NCBI GenBank assembly: GCA_963665295.1
Contig: OY762209.1
Span: 576,001 to 640,000, forward strand
Direction of reading: 5' to 3'
From: Syntrophorhabdaceae bacterium
GTDB lineage: Bacteria > Desulfobacterota > Syntrophorhabdia > Syntrophorhabdales > Syntrophorhabdaceae
DNA: 64,000 bases
Shown: in pieces, positions 50,243 to 59,895 of the stretch
How the letters are laid out: each line of letters starts with the position of its first letter
How positions within the stretch are numbered: the first letter of the stretch is position 1
The notes under the pieces: model-generated
What the model saw: only the letters and a program-made list of their open reading frames with translations
Told to the model about the DNA's origin: nothing
The model's database searches: none
Translations under genes and position numbers: made by a program

Positions 50243-51757
50243 CTATTCCTGGAAGCTCTCCAGCGTCTTTCGTCTTGAGGGATGCTGCAGCTTTCGTAAG
50301 GCCTTGGCCTCGATCTGGCGGATGCGCTCACGGGTAAGCCCGAAGACATCGCCCACCTCTTCAAGGGTAAAGTCCGTCTTTTCGCCGATGCCGAGTCTCA
50401 TCCTCACAACCTTTTCTTCTCTCGGGGTAAGGGTCGACAAGACTTTGTCTATCTCTTCCTTAAGCGCGGTGCCCACAAACTCCGTGAAAGGCGAAGACGC
50501 CTTGGGGTCCGCGATAAAATCGCCGAGTTTTGACTCATCGTCTCCCACGGGGGTCTCGATGGACACGGTCCCGTTGGAGACCTTCATAACCTTTCTCACC
50601 TTCTCCACGGGAAGTCCCGCTTTAACGGAAATTTCTTCGATGTTCGGCTTTCTCCCCAATTCCTGGAAGAGGGTTACCGTGGCCTTGCTGATCTTGTTCA
50701 TGGTTTCGAGTATATGGACCGGCACTCTGATGGTCCGTGCGTAATCCGCGATTGCCCGCGTTATGGCCTGCCTGATCCACCATGTCGAGTACGTGGAGAA
50801 CTTGTAGCCTTTCTGATAGTCATATTTTTCCGCTGCCTTCATGAGTCCCATGTTGCCTTCCTGAATAAGATCAAGGAACGGCAAACCACGGTTCAGGTAC
50901 TTCTTGGAGATATTGATGACAAGCCTCAGGTTTGCCTGAACAAGCCTGTTCTTCACAATCTTCAGACTGTTGTCGATTTCACTCAAGGCCATCAGTTTCT
51001 GCTTTACCACGCGGGCCGCGCGATCATCCATAAACCTCACCGGCCGCGCGATCTTCCTGATGATTTCCACGATAATCTTCTTGTTGAGCCTGAGATTGAG
51101 CAGGATTTCCTCAGTCTTGTCGTTGACCTTCTTAAGCTCGGCGGCAAGCTCCGCCCTGTCCGTCCCCTGGGTCCCCACCAGCCTTCGCGTTATGTCTTCT
51201 TTCTTGTCGTGAAGGCTTTTTATGCTGTTGATGGCGGATATGGTCTTCTTCTTGTATTTGTCCTCATCCTTCTGGGTGTAGTTCATCTCATCGATATTGT
51301 TGATCACATCCAGAATGTTTACCGTGTCGTCCTTCAATTGCCGGGCTATTTCAAGAAGCTCGTCCACTGCCTCCGGCAGTTCGAAGAGGATGTTCTTTGC
51401 CCTTCTTTCGCCTTCTTCAATCTTTTTCGCTATCTGGTATTCCTCGTCGGATGTAAGAAGCGAGACATGTCCTATATCCTTCAGGTACGTCCAGATGATG
51501 TTGTCGCCTCTCTCCGGGGACAGCTTCTCGGCCTCTCCCCAGTCCGCGCTCTCTTCCTCGCCCACCTCAACCTTTTCCTGGATCGTTTCGACTACGTCGA
51601 TATTCGATTCGGAAAAAAAGTCGAACACGTCTTCAATATCCTCAGGGGAGAAAACGCTCCGGGGGAGAAAATCGTTGATCTCATCGGAGGTAAGGAAGCC
51701 CTTCTCCGTTCCCAGGTCCATAAGGTGTTTTACTTCTGCAGATTTATTTATCGTCAT
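50243..51757 (-). CDS. RpoD-like sigma-70 factor (divergent paralogue)
   Basis: Regions 1.1-4: ANLRLV, DLIQEGNMGLMKA, WWIRQAITRAIA, TLEEVG..F.LTRERIRQIEAKALRKL; dnaG is not adjacent. Confidence 0.9.
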   Translation of the reverse strand: MTINKSAEVKHLMDLGTEKGFLTSDEINDFLPRSVFSPEDIEDVFDFFSESNIDVVETIQEKVEVGEEESADWGEAEKLSPERGDNIIWTYLKDIGHVSLLTSDEEYQIAKKIEEGERRAKNILFELPEAVDELLEIARQLKDDTVNILDVINNIDEMNYTQKDEDKYKKKTISAINSIKSLHDKKEDITRRLVGTQGTDRAELAAELKKVNDKTEEILLNLRLNKKIIVEIIRKIARPVRFMDDRAARVVKQKLMALSEIDNSLKIVKNRLVQANLRLVINISKKYLNRGLPFLDLIQEGNMGLMKAAEKYDYQKGYKFSTYSTWWIRQAITRAIADYARTIRVPVHILETMNKISKATVTLFQELGRKPNIEEISVKAGLPVEKVRKVMKVSNGTVSIETPVGDDESKLGDFIADPKASSPFTEFVGTALKEEIDKVLSTLTPREEKVVRMRLGIGEKTDFTLEEVGDVFGLTRERIRQIEAKALRKLQHPSRRKTLESFQE

Positions 51758-51774
51758 TATCACTCCGAAATGAA

Positions 51775-51802
51775 AATGCCCTTTTTTGTGGAAAAGGGCA
51801 TT
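51775..51802 (-). terminator. Terminator-like hairpin in the 5' leader of the sigma gene
   Basis: AATGCCCTTTT/AAAAGGGCATT stem running into a U-rich tract on the minus strand, between promoter and RBS. Confidence 0.6.
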
Positions 51803-51834
51803 CAGATTTATGTCCCTAATTTATGACAACTTAT

Positions 51835-51863
51835 AGTATAAACCTATTTTCGTCCCACGTCAA
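51835..51863 (-). promoter_or_regulatory. sigma70 promoter of the sigma gene
   Basis: TTGACG-17-TATACT. Confidence 0.65.
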
Positions 51864-51935
51864 CATCGTTTAACAAATCGAACGGATTCATCGATCCCTC
51901 AAACGCCGTGGACCGTTGCGGGCAAAGGGCCTGCC

Positions 51936-52424
51936 TCAGTATTCCTTCACCGGGTTCAGGTTGAGCACTCGTCTGAGGATGATCAACTCCGAAAGGTGAA
52001 ACACGTTATGGTCCGCGGCGAGGAGGACCTCCCGGAATACGGTGTACCCCTTTGCATGGGGGATGGGGTTGAAAAGATCGGTCTCCGGGTCGTTAACCAA
52101 CCCTTCCAGGGCCTCCGTATCAGCCCTGATCCTTTCAACGGTCTTTTTCCATTGGGCAGGCGTGGTCGCAGCGCCCGGTTCCGGCCAGTAACCGTCGGGA
52201 AAATCGGGAGAAACGTGCTGCGGGTCTATCACGAACCGGAGGATGTCCCACTGGGCGATCCGCATGTGTTCAAGGAGATGCCCTATGGTATAATTACCGT
52301 TCGGCACCCTCCTGTTGATCTCCTCCAGAGGAAAACCCGAGACAGCCTCGTCAAAGGTCATGTGGGCGTTGCCGCCCCTCAGAAGGGCCATCAGCTCTTC
52401 GCGGATTACCTGGTCTTTATTCAT
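51936..52424 (-). CDS. DinB family protein
   Basis: GGNAH, HLLEHMRIAQWDIL, ADHNVFHL metal-binding histidines. Confidence 0.88.
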   Translation of the reverse strand: MNKDQVIREELMALLRGGNAHMTFDEAVSGFPLEEINRRVPNGNYTIGHLLEHMRIAQWDILRFVIDPQHVSPDFPDGYWPEPGAATTPAQWKKTVERIRADTEALEGLVNDPETDLFNPIPHAKGYTVFREVLLAADHNVFHLSELIILRRVLNLNPVKEY

Positions 52425-52506
52425 GTTCCACCTTCCTCCGGACATTTTGAGGAATAATAATCATTCCTCTTCGCAACGGCAACAGGACGGGGGAGGCTTC
52501 TCTCCC

Positions 52507-53550
52507 TCACCTCCGGACCTGCCAGAGGGAGTCCGCAAAAAACCGGCGACGGTCGTAAAAAGTCGCTCGCACCTCAAAGCCGTTTCGTGCGGCGAGGTGG
52601 GCAAGATCGCTTTCGCTGAACTTACAGGAGGACTCGGTGTGAATGGGCTCCCATTCGTCGAAGGTGAAGGTGCGCCGGCAAGCGTCAACGCATACTTCCT
52701 GCTTCTTCCGGCTGATGAGGAAGCTTTCCACAGCCCCTGCCTTCGGGTTGTAATTGCTGTAATATTCAAACGCTTCCAGGCGGAAATTTCCTCCCAGCTC
52801 ATTATTGATCCGGCGCAGGATGTTCATATTGAATTGCGCAGTCACACCCTGGGAATCATTATACGCCCTGTTGATCGTTTCCGTGTCTTTCTTGAGGTCA
52901 AAACCGATGAATGCGAAATCGCCGTCCTTCATGGAGTCATGCAGCCCGCCGAGGAAAATCCCGGTTTCCGAGGGATTGAAGTTCCCTATATTGGAGCCGA
53001 GAAAAAGCACCACGTTGCGCCGCCGGTTCATCCGCGACAGCCATTCGAGACCCGTGAAATAATCAGTGGCCAGCCCCTCCACGGTCAGTCCCGGGAAAAC
53101 GGTCCCTACCTCCTTCGTCAGTTCAACCAGTGCCGACCCGGAAATATCTATGGGCACATAGTGGAACCGGAAGCCCTTGTCGAGAAACGAATCGAGGAGG
53201 ATCTTCGTTTTCAGGCCGTCGCCCGCCCCCAATTCCACCAGGGTGAAACCGTGCTCCCCCACAAGGGCGGCAATCTCTTCCTTGTGGACCTCGAGGATTT
53301 CCAATTCGCATCGCGTGGGGTAATATTCCTCAAGCTCCATGATCCGCTTGAAGAGCCTGCTCCCCTCTTCGTCGTAAAGGTATTTGCAGCACAGGGACTT
53401 GGGAGTTACCGTAAGCCCCTGTGACACATGGTCGGCAAATTCCAGAAGATTCCCGTCGCCATGGATGTCTGCGGGTTCCACCGTCCTGACTGCCTCGCCC
53501 GCGGTCCTTTCCGTCAATACCTTTGGAGCAGAGAAGTTTTTCGCGTCCAT
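52507..53550 (-). CDS. egtD: L-histidine N(alpha)-methyltransferase
   Basis: PKSL.CKYLYDEEGSRLF..I.EL.EYYPTRCE, ELGAG...KT, FLGSNIGN, AYNDSQGVTA.FN, IHTESSCKF. Confidence 0.93.
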   Translation of the reverse strand: MDAKNFSAPKVLTERTAGEAVRTVEPADIHGDGNLLEFADHVSQGLTVTPKSLCCKYLYDEEGSRLFKRIMELEEYYPTRCELEILEVHKEEIAALVGEHGFTLVELGAGDGLKTKILLDSFLDKGFRFHYVPIDISGSALVELTKEVGTVFPGLTVEGLATDYFTGLEWLSRMNRRRNVVLFLGSNIGNFNPSETGIFLGGLHDSMKDGDFAFIGFDLKKDTETINRAYNDSQGVTAQFNMNILRRINNELGGNFRLEAFEYYSNYNPKAGAVESFLISRKKQEVCVDACRRTFTFDEWEPIHTESSCKFSESDLAHLAARNGFEVRATFYDRRRFFADSLWQVRR

Positions 53551-53554
53551 AATT

Positions 53555-56500
53555 TCACCTGCAAGGGACAAAATGAACCACCCTTTTGGAATCATCAATA
53601 GTCTTCTTCAGGAGGTCCAGGGCCCTGGTGATGTCCTCCTCGGTATTTTCATACCCTAGTGAGAAGCGCAATGCGCAGTGGGCGTCCTCGCGGGAAAGGC
53701 CCATGGCGAGAAGGGCATGAGACGGGTCAGGGGACCCCGAACTGCAGGCGGAACCGGAGGATAGGTAGACGCCGTGCCGGCTCATGGCCATGACCACCGA
53801 TTCGCCGCGAAAACCGGGCAACGTCATGTTCAGGGTATTGGGGAGACGCTTCTCAGGGTGACCGTTGAGCCGCGCCCCTGTCACCAGCGTCCTGATCCCC
53901 TTCTCCAGGACGTCTCTCAGTCTCCTTACACCTTCCCCTTGCGCAAGAAGGCCCGGGACCATTTCCGCTGCCCTGCCGAACCCCGCGATGCCGATGGTGT
54001 TTTCAGTGCCCGCCCGGAGCCCCCCTTCGTGCTCACCGCCGCTCACCAGGCTTTCCAGTTCTACACCCTTGCGCACATAGAGAAGGCCCACGCCTTTTGG
54101 CCCATAGACCTTGTGGGCCGAAAGGGTGAGCATGTCGATACCCGAATCCTCCACGTCAACAGGGACCTTGCCGAGGGCTTGCGTGGCGTCCGAATGGAAG
54201 AGGATGCCACGCCCGCGGGCCAGATCCGCAATCTCCCCGACCGGCTGAAGGGAGCCCGTTTCATTGTTGGCCCACATAATGCTTATAAGAAAAGTCTCCC
54301 CCGTAATGGCTCGCTCCACCTCGGCCGGATCGACTATGCCATGTTCATCCACCCCAACAAAGGTCACATCATAGCCCATTTGGGCCAGCCACCCGCAGGT
54401 GTTCAAAACAGCGGGGTGCTCGATGCGGGAAGTGATAAGATGACGCTTTCCGTCCTTCCGGGCAAAGGCGGCGCCTTTGATGGCAAGGTTGTCCGACTCC
54501 GAGCCGCAGCCGGTGAAAATGATCCTCCGGGCCGTGCAGTTGATGGCGGACGCCACCTTGCGACGCGCTTCTTCGATTAGAATCCTGGACCTCTTTCCCG
54601 CCTCGTGGACGCTGGAGGGGTTCCCATACAGGTCCATCGCCTCCTTCATGGTCTGGGCCACTTCAGGCGCGAGGGGAGTGGTGGCGTTGTGGTCCATATA
54701 CACGGGGTCGGGCGCGTGGGCGTCGCTTTGAGGAGACCCGTAGTCTTCAGGCCCTTCGCCGGTCCCGATGACCACCCGGTCTCCCTCGTCCCCTGCCTTG
54801 ATCACGTCGCACAGGAGACACTTGTACACGGGGAAGCCCGAAATGGGGTCAGATTGGCTAAGATCGGTCAACTCGTTGATATTGCATTCCCGCCACGCCT
54901 TGGGAGCCACGGGACTCCCGCCCGCGTGGTCGGCGTCGATGAAACCCCGGGCGATGTCGTCGGTCACCAGGGCACGCATGCTCACCATGCCCCTGGGTGT
55001 GGCGACATGAACCTTGTCGCCGTCCTCGATGCCCCGATCCAGGGCATCTGCCGTATTGAGGGTAACCGCAGGCTCCGGGCGCTCCCTGACCAACGCGGGA
55101 ATGCCCCGGTGCTGGGTATGGAAGGCGGTTCTCACCCTTGCCCCGGAGTTGAAGACCAGCGGGTATTTGTCGAGGAGGTCCGGCCGTGACAGGGGCCCCT
55201 CCCTCGGCTCGGTATACACAGGGAGCGGGTCGTATCCGTATTCCTTGAGCATTGTGGAGGCAATTTCGAACTTGCCCGAAGGAGTGTCGAAACCGGGCGC
55301 TCCGTCCGGTCTCAGCAGGCCCTTTTCCCATTTGCGGTACTGCATCATGGGGGTCTCGATGGAGACCGATCCACCCGCGCTTCTCACGTCTTCAGGGGTA
55401 AAACCGGAACCCTTCAATACGTAGCGGAGCAGCTCCCCCTCGTTCTGGGGGTAGAGGTGGCCGTAACCCAGCCGTTGCGCAAGCTCCGCAAGGATGAAGA
55501 AATCGTTCCGTGCTTCACCGAGAGGCTCTATCATCCGTTCCCTGATCCTGAAAAGGGGTCCGTAGATCATGTACGATTCGATCTCATAGTATGTGGCAGC
55601 GGGCAGGACAATGTCCGCATAGGCGGCGTCGGCGGTGAACTGCCGGTCGATGCATACCTGAAAATCAAGGGCCCCGAGGGTCTTCTTCCAGAGTTCAGGG
55701 TTGGGCCACGACGTGATAAGGGAGCCTCCGAGTATGATAAGGGAGCGGATCTTATAGGGTGTCTCCTTGAGCACCGCGTCCGGCAGGGCGATGGCATGGG
55801 CCTCGTCGCGGTAGTGGACGTAAAGAGGATAGCGGTCCCTTCCCGGGCGGGGGTTGGCCACGGGGTTCTTGATCAGGCCCTCGCGGTTCACGGGAAAGCG
55901 GCTCCCGGACATGGAGAAACAAAGCCCGCCGGGAACATCTATCTGCCCTGCAAGGGCCCAGAGCACGAGGGTCGCCCGAATCCCCTGGACGCCGGTGGCA
56001 CTGAATTCCATACCCGTGTACATGAGCTGTGATACGCCCCGGGCGCCCGCTATCTCCCGGGCAAGGGAAACCACCGTGTCGGCGGGCACTCCCGTGATAT
56101 GCTCCACCACCTCCGGCCGGAAATGCTGCACATACCGGGAGAACTCTTCGAAGCCCACGGTCCAGTTCTCCACAAAGTGTTCGTCGTAAAGGTCTTCCTC
56201 GATCAGGACATTGCACATGCCCAGGGCCAACGCCCCGTCCGTGCCCGGCCGTATGGGGACCCACGTCGCGCCGGCCAGTTTGGCGGTCATAGTCTTCCGG
56301 GGATCGATCACCACGACCCTGGCGCCCCGTTCTTTCGCGGCGAGTATCCTCTTCATCTCGACTGGGGGAGAATCGGTGGCGGGGTTCGTGCCCCACACAA
56401 TCACCATCTCGGAGTTCTCCACGTCATTGAACATATTGATGAGCATGCGGCCGCACGTGAGATGGGGTGCGATCACACCGTAGGAAACATAACACAGGGC

Positions 56501-56947
56501 GCCTACCCCCATGGTGTTGGGCGACCCGTAGGGGAAAAGGACGCTGCTCGCCGACGAAACGGCTACTCCCGCGGGTTGGAAGACATCGCAGAGGGAAAGT
56601 TCGAAACTCCCCACGCCCGTATAGATGGCGGCTGCCTCGGGACCATACTCCTTCTTGATAAAGCTCAGCTTGTCTACAATGATCCCGTAGGCGTCGTCCC
56701 AACTTATGGGTTCAAAATCGTAGTCACCTTTATCTCCCTTCCTTCTCAAGGGATGGAGGAGGCGGCGCTCCGAATAGATGATGTCGGGAGAGTGTTCCCC
56801 CATGGGGCAGGTTATCCCCATGCCTGACCCTTCGTCGGGCCGGACATGAACGATCTTGCCGTCCCGGTCATACCCGGCGACAATCCAGCATCCCGCGCTG
56901 CATATGCCGCATATGCCTCTCTTCTCCCGCGCCCATGTTCCCGTCAT
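53555..56947 (-). CDS. Molybdo/tungstopterin oxidoreductase-cysteine desulfurase fusion (metallopterin-dependent ergothioneine synthase, MES-type)
   Basis: CGICSAGC Fe-S motif, WGTNP, IRPGTDGAL, ADIVLPA; C-terminal YMDHNATT, SAHKVYGPKG, SSGSACSS; 4 bp upstream of egtD. Confidence 0.88.
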   Translation of the reverse strand: MTGTWAREKRGICGICSAGCWIVAGYDRDGKIVHVRPDEGSGMGITCPMGEHSPDIIYSERRLLHPLRRKGDKGDYDFEPISWDDAYGIIVDKLSFIKKEYGPEAAAIYTGVGSFELSLCDVFQPAGVAVSSASSVLFPYGSPNTMGVGALCYVSYGVIAPHLTCGRMLINMFNDVENSEMVIVWGTNPATDSPPVEMKRILAAKERGARVVVIDPRKTMTAKLAGATWVPIRPGTDGALALGMCNVLIEEDLYDEHFVENWTVGFEEFSRYVQHFRPEVVEHITGVPADTVVSLAREIAGARGVSQLMYTGMEFSATGVQGIRATLVLWALAGQIDVPGGLCFSMSGSRFPVNREGLIKNPVANPRPGRDRYPLYVHYRDEAHAIALPDAVLKETPYKIRSLIILGGSLITSWPNPELWKKTLGALDFQVCIDRQFTADAAYADIVLPAATYYEIESYMIYGPLFRIRERMIEPLGEARNDFFILAELAQRLGYGHLYPQNEGELLRYVLKGSGFTPEDVRSAGGSVSIETPMMQYRKWEKGLLRPDGAPGFDTPSGKFEIASTMLKEYGYDPLPVYTEPREGPLSRPDLLDKYPLVFNSGARVRTAFHTQHRGIPALVRERPEPAVTLNTADALDRGIEDGDKVHVATPRGMVSMRALVTDDIARGFIDADHAGGSPVAPKAWRECNINELTDLSQSDPISGFPVYKCLLCDVIKAGDEGDRVVIGTGEGPEDYGSPQSDAHAPDPVYMDHNATTPLAPEVAQTMKEAMDLYGNPSSVHEAGKRSRILIEEARRKVASAINCTARRIIFTGCGSESDNLAIKGAAFARKDGKRHLITSRIEHPAVLNTCGWLAQMGYDVTFVGVDEHGIVDPAEVERAITGETFLISIMWANNETGSLQPVGEIADLARGRGILFHSDATQALGKVPVDVEDSGIDMLTLSAHKVYGPKGVGLLYVRKGVELESLVSGGEHEGGLRAGTENTIGIAGFGRAAEMVPGLLAQGEGVRRLRDVLEKGIRTLVTGARLNGHPEKRLPNTLNMTLPGFRGESVVMAMSRHGVYLSSGSACSSGSPDPSHALLAMGLSREDAHCALRFSLGYENTEEDITRALDLLKKTIDDSKRVVHFVPCR

Positions 56948-57166
56948 TCAGAAACCCTTATTCCCACGCCGTATTCGACGCAAATTTCGCCCGCTGTCAT
57001 CGTAGTCTATCCCTTTCGCCCATGCCCCGGCGCTGTCAACAATCCCGACCGGTCCCATGCCGGTTTCTCCATTTTTCCCCATGTTCCCTTCAGTTGTCAA
57101 GGGTAAAGCAGCGGATACCCGCGGCGGATACTGCGATAGTGCGCGATCCATAAGGACCATCCATTG

Positions 57167-57340
57167 CTATGGGCGACAGTCGTAATCGGGCCGGTTGCTG
57201 AAGTATCCCTCGGGATAGCCGCGGGGACACCGGTAATCCCGCTCACCATACCCCCGGTCGCCGTCGGCTTGCGGGAGTACCGCGCACGATGATGCGGCGA
57301 GAAGGATCGCAACCAATAATGCAGCCATCCACCTCTTCAT
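57167..57340 (-). CDS. Small putative lipoprotein
   Basis: MKRWMAALLVAILLAASSC signal; GAGG RBS. Confidence 0.55.
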   Translation of the reverse strand: MKRWMAALLVAILLAASSCAVLPQADGDRGYGERDYRCPRGYPEGYFSNRPDYDCRP

Positions 57341-57371
57341 AATCAGACTTTCCTCCCTTTCCCGACCCCAT

Positions 57372-57641
57372 CTACGAACCGGATTTGAGGTGGGCCCGTG
57401 CATGGGCCCTGGCGGATTCGACGTCACGGTTCTTAGGGGGAGCAGAGGTCACCAGGGAACCGAGCAGCCCGGCGGAGGCCTTCGCGATTTCCTCGACCGC
57501 CCTGTCGAAGGCTTCTCTATTCGCGGCGGAAGGCTTCGTAAATCCGCTGATCTTCCTCACAAACTGCAGGGCCGCCGCGCGGACCTCATCGGCCGTGGCC
57601 GGTGGTTCAAAATTATAGAGGGGCCTGATGTTCCTGCACAT
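57372..57641 (-). CDS. DUF2277 domain protein
   Basis: MCRNIRPLYNFEPPAT..EVRAAALQFVRKISG. Confidence 0.9.
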   Translation of the reverse strand: MCRNIRPLYNFEPPATADEVRAAALQFVRKISGFTKPSAANREAFDRAVEEIAKASAGLLGSLVTSAPPKNRDVESARAHARAHLKSGS

Positions 57642-57700
57642 CTTGTCAACCCCCGTGATCGGCCGTATTCGGACAGCCCTGTGCGCCTATGGGGCGCTGC

Positions 57701-58066
57701 CTATGTTTTTCGTCCCTCTTTTTCACCTTCCATATCCTCCATTATCACAAGGAGTTGCTTGTCGCCCAGCGCAAAGGCTTCCCTGACCGTCCCTTTCACG
57801 GTGATGGTAGACCCGGCCTTGGGCAATACCTTCTCGGTCACCACGGTTATCTCGCCCGTCTTGTCCCGAATGACGAAGTACTTGATCATAAAGAAACCGA
57901 ATACCTCCGTTACCTCGCCCGAGACGGTCACGGTCTTGTCCGCGTACTTCCGCGGATCATCGATGATCTTCCCGATGGGCGTGGATGTTATCCCCTGACA
58001 GCCCGAAAGGACGAGAACTGTAATAAGGGCGGCGGAAAAGGCATATAACCATGGGCGCTTGATCAT
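57701..58066 (-). CDS. OB-fold lipoprotein
   Basis: Lipobox LSGC; TPIGKI...VTVSGEV...DKTGEITV. Confidence 0.75.
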   Translation of the reverse strand: MIKRPWLYAFSAALITVLVLSGCQGITSTPIGKIIDDPRKYADKTVTVSGEVTEVFGFFMIKYFVIRDKTGEITVVTEKVLPKAGSTITVKGTVREAFALGDKQLLVIMEDMEGEKEGRKT

Positions 58067-58422
58067 GTCGGGCCTCGCGTATGATATTAGATTCATCTGG
58101 TTAAACAATAATACTCCCTCCGGAAAACGTCCAGTGCAGCCGGGAGGCGAATATGGCGTCGGCATTCCCCCCGTTGACGCACCATATCAGGCGGACCGTC
58201 ACAGAAGCGACAGTCTCCGATAATCCCGTTTCATCGTAAACCTTTACGTCGCATAGAGATTCATCCAGGTGAAAAGATGACAGATTTCTTGCATTATTCG
58301 GCAAAGGGGGATACGCTCATATTACCGTTGAGGTTCGGCGGAACTGCGCGGCCCTGCCCCCCCCGGGATATCCCCGTCGAACCCCGGACACCAAAGAAGA
58401 AGGAGGAGGAGGAGGAAGCCCC

Positions 58423-59793
58423 GTGATACGCAAAGACACTGCAAGAAGTGAAAGCAACCCGTTTCATGAGCATTTCAAATACGGGATCATCACCACCCTT
58501 GTGGCTCTGTGCGCCTTCTTTGCAACGGGTTGGTGCGCGCCCGCATGGTGCGGGGAAACGGCCGTTCTGGAAGTTACCGATGCAGGGGACCACTTGTCGC
58601 CCACGCCCTGGACCAAGGATTATATCCGCAAAAAACCTTACGTCATTTACAGCGGAAAGCTCAACACCATGACCATTCTATGGCAGACTTACCAGACACC
58701 GGCCAAATCAACCATAGTGTGGGGAACTACCACGAGTTACGGCAAAGGCCCGGTCACTGTGCATGAGAACGGCAGCCTGGCGAACGAACACCAGTTCTCC
58801 CATACAACCTCAGGCCTCCAACCGGCCACGAAGTACTATTTTCAGGTCACCAACGACGGCTACTCCCACGGCGGCTCTTTTACGACTGCCCCGGCTCCTT
58901 CCACAACCGGCGTCTCCTTCTATGGATATGGAGACAGCAGGGCCACATGGCTCGATCCGCCGGTGGAACATAACGCCGTTCTCACCCAGCTCCTCGCGGA
59001 CATGAACCAGGACCCGGTCCGGCGTCAAACCGTGCTGGTCCATCTTGGCGACTATGTCTACAACGGGCTGAACGAATACCTGTGGGATCTGCAACAGTTT
59101 AATCCGGAAGCCCAATACGAGTCCATGCACTCGACCTTTTCAAAGATGCCCTTCATGGGGGTTCTGGGAAATCATGAAGGGTACGATGCCTATGCCCGGA
59201 GAGAAACCGTATTCAACTTTCAGAACCTGGGCGAGCTTTTCCGGAAATACTATCCCTATAAATACGCCAACAACAAACGCTTTTACCACTCTTTCGATTA
59301 TGGACCCGTCCATTTTGTGGTGATCGATACGTGGTCATACAAGGATCAGATAATCGACACACAACAGGCGAACTGGCTGCAGCACGATCTCAAAACCTCC
59401 AAGAAGCCCTGGAAGGTCGCCATGATCCATACGCCCATATGGGATTGCCTGGCCGGTAACACCGCCATCCAGAACCAGCTCACGCCTATCCTGAAGGCCG
59501 GAGGGGTCCAACTGGTCCTCCAGGGGCATCAGCATTATTACAGCCACGTAACCTATAACGACATGACGTATCTTGTCCTGGGGGGCGGCGGCGCCACTCT
59601 TCTCGATCCCGCCACGACGACATGCGTTGAGGAAGCGAACAAAACGATAGTCAAAACCGCCTTTGTGTATCATTTTGCGAGGTTTGATGTTTTAGGGGAT
59701 ACTATGACCGTGAGCGTGATAAACAGCGATGGAGGGGCGGTAGAGCCACCCTTCACCATAACGAATGGGAGCGCACCGGCCAAGTCCAGGTAA
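58423..59793 (+). CDS. Purple acid phosphatase-like metallophosphoesterase with FN3 domain
   Basis: YGDSR, HLGDYV, LGNHE, QGHQHYY. Confidence 0.9.
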   Translation: MIRKDTARSESNPFHEHFKYGIITTLVALCAFFATGWCAPAWCGETAVLEVTDAGDHLSPTPWTKDYIRKKPYVIYSGKLNTMTILWQTYQTPAKSTIVWGTTTSYGKGPVTVHENGSLANEHQFSHTTSGLQPATKYYFQVTNDGYSHGGSFTTAPAPSTTGVSFYGYGDSRATWLDPPVEHNAVLTQLLADMNQDPVRRQTVLVHLGDYVYNGLNEYLWDLQQFNPEAQYESMHSTFSKMPFMGVLGNHEGYDAYARRETVFNFQNLGELFRKYYPYKYANNKRFYHSFDYGPVHFVVIDTWSYKDQIIDTQQANWLQHDLKTSKKPWKVAMIHTPIWDCLAGNTAIQNQLTPILKAGGVQLVLQGHQHYYSHVTYNDMTYLVLGGGGATLLDPATTTCVEEANKTIVKTAFVYHFARFDVLGDTMTVSVINSDGGAVEPPFTITNGSAPAKSR

Positions 59794-59820
59794 AAGTTCC
59801 ATGCCAACCTTTACCTGATG

Positions 59821-59862
59821 GGCGCCTCCGCCTGCTCCCGCGAAGGGGCAGGCGGAGGCGCC
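59821..59862. terminator. Strong hairpin between convergent genes
   Basis: GGCGCCTCCGCCTGC/GCAGGCGGAGGCGCC 15-bp stem. Confidence 0.65.
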
Positions 59863-59895
59863 GTTTACAGAAGGCTCACCTGTTGTCCCTCGCCT

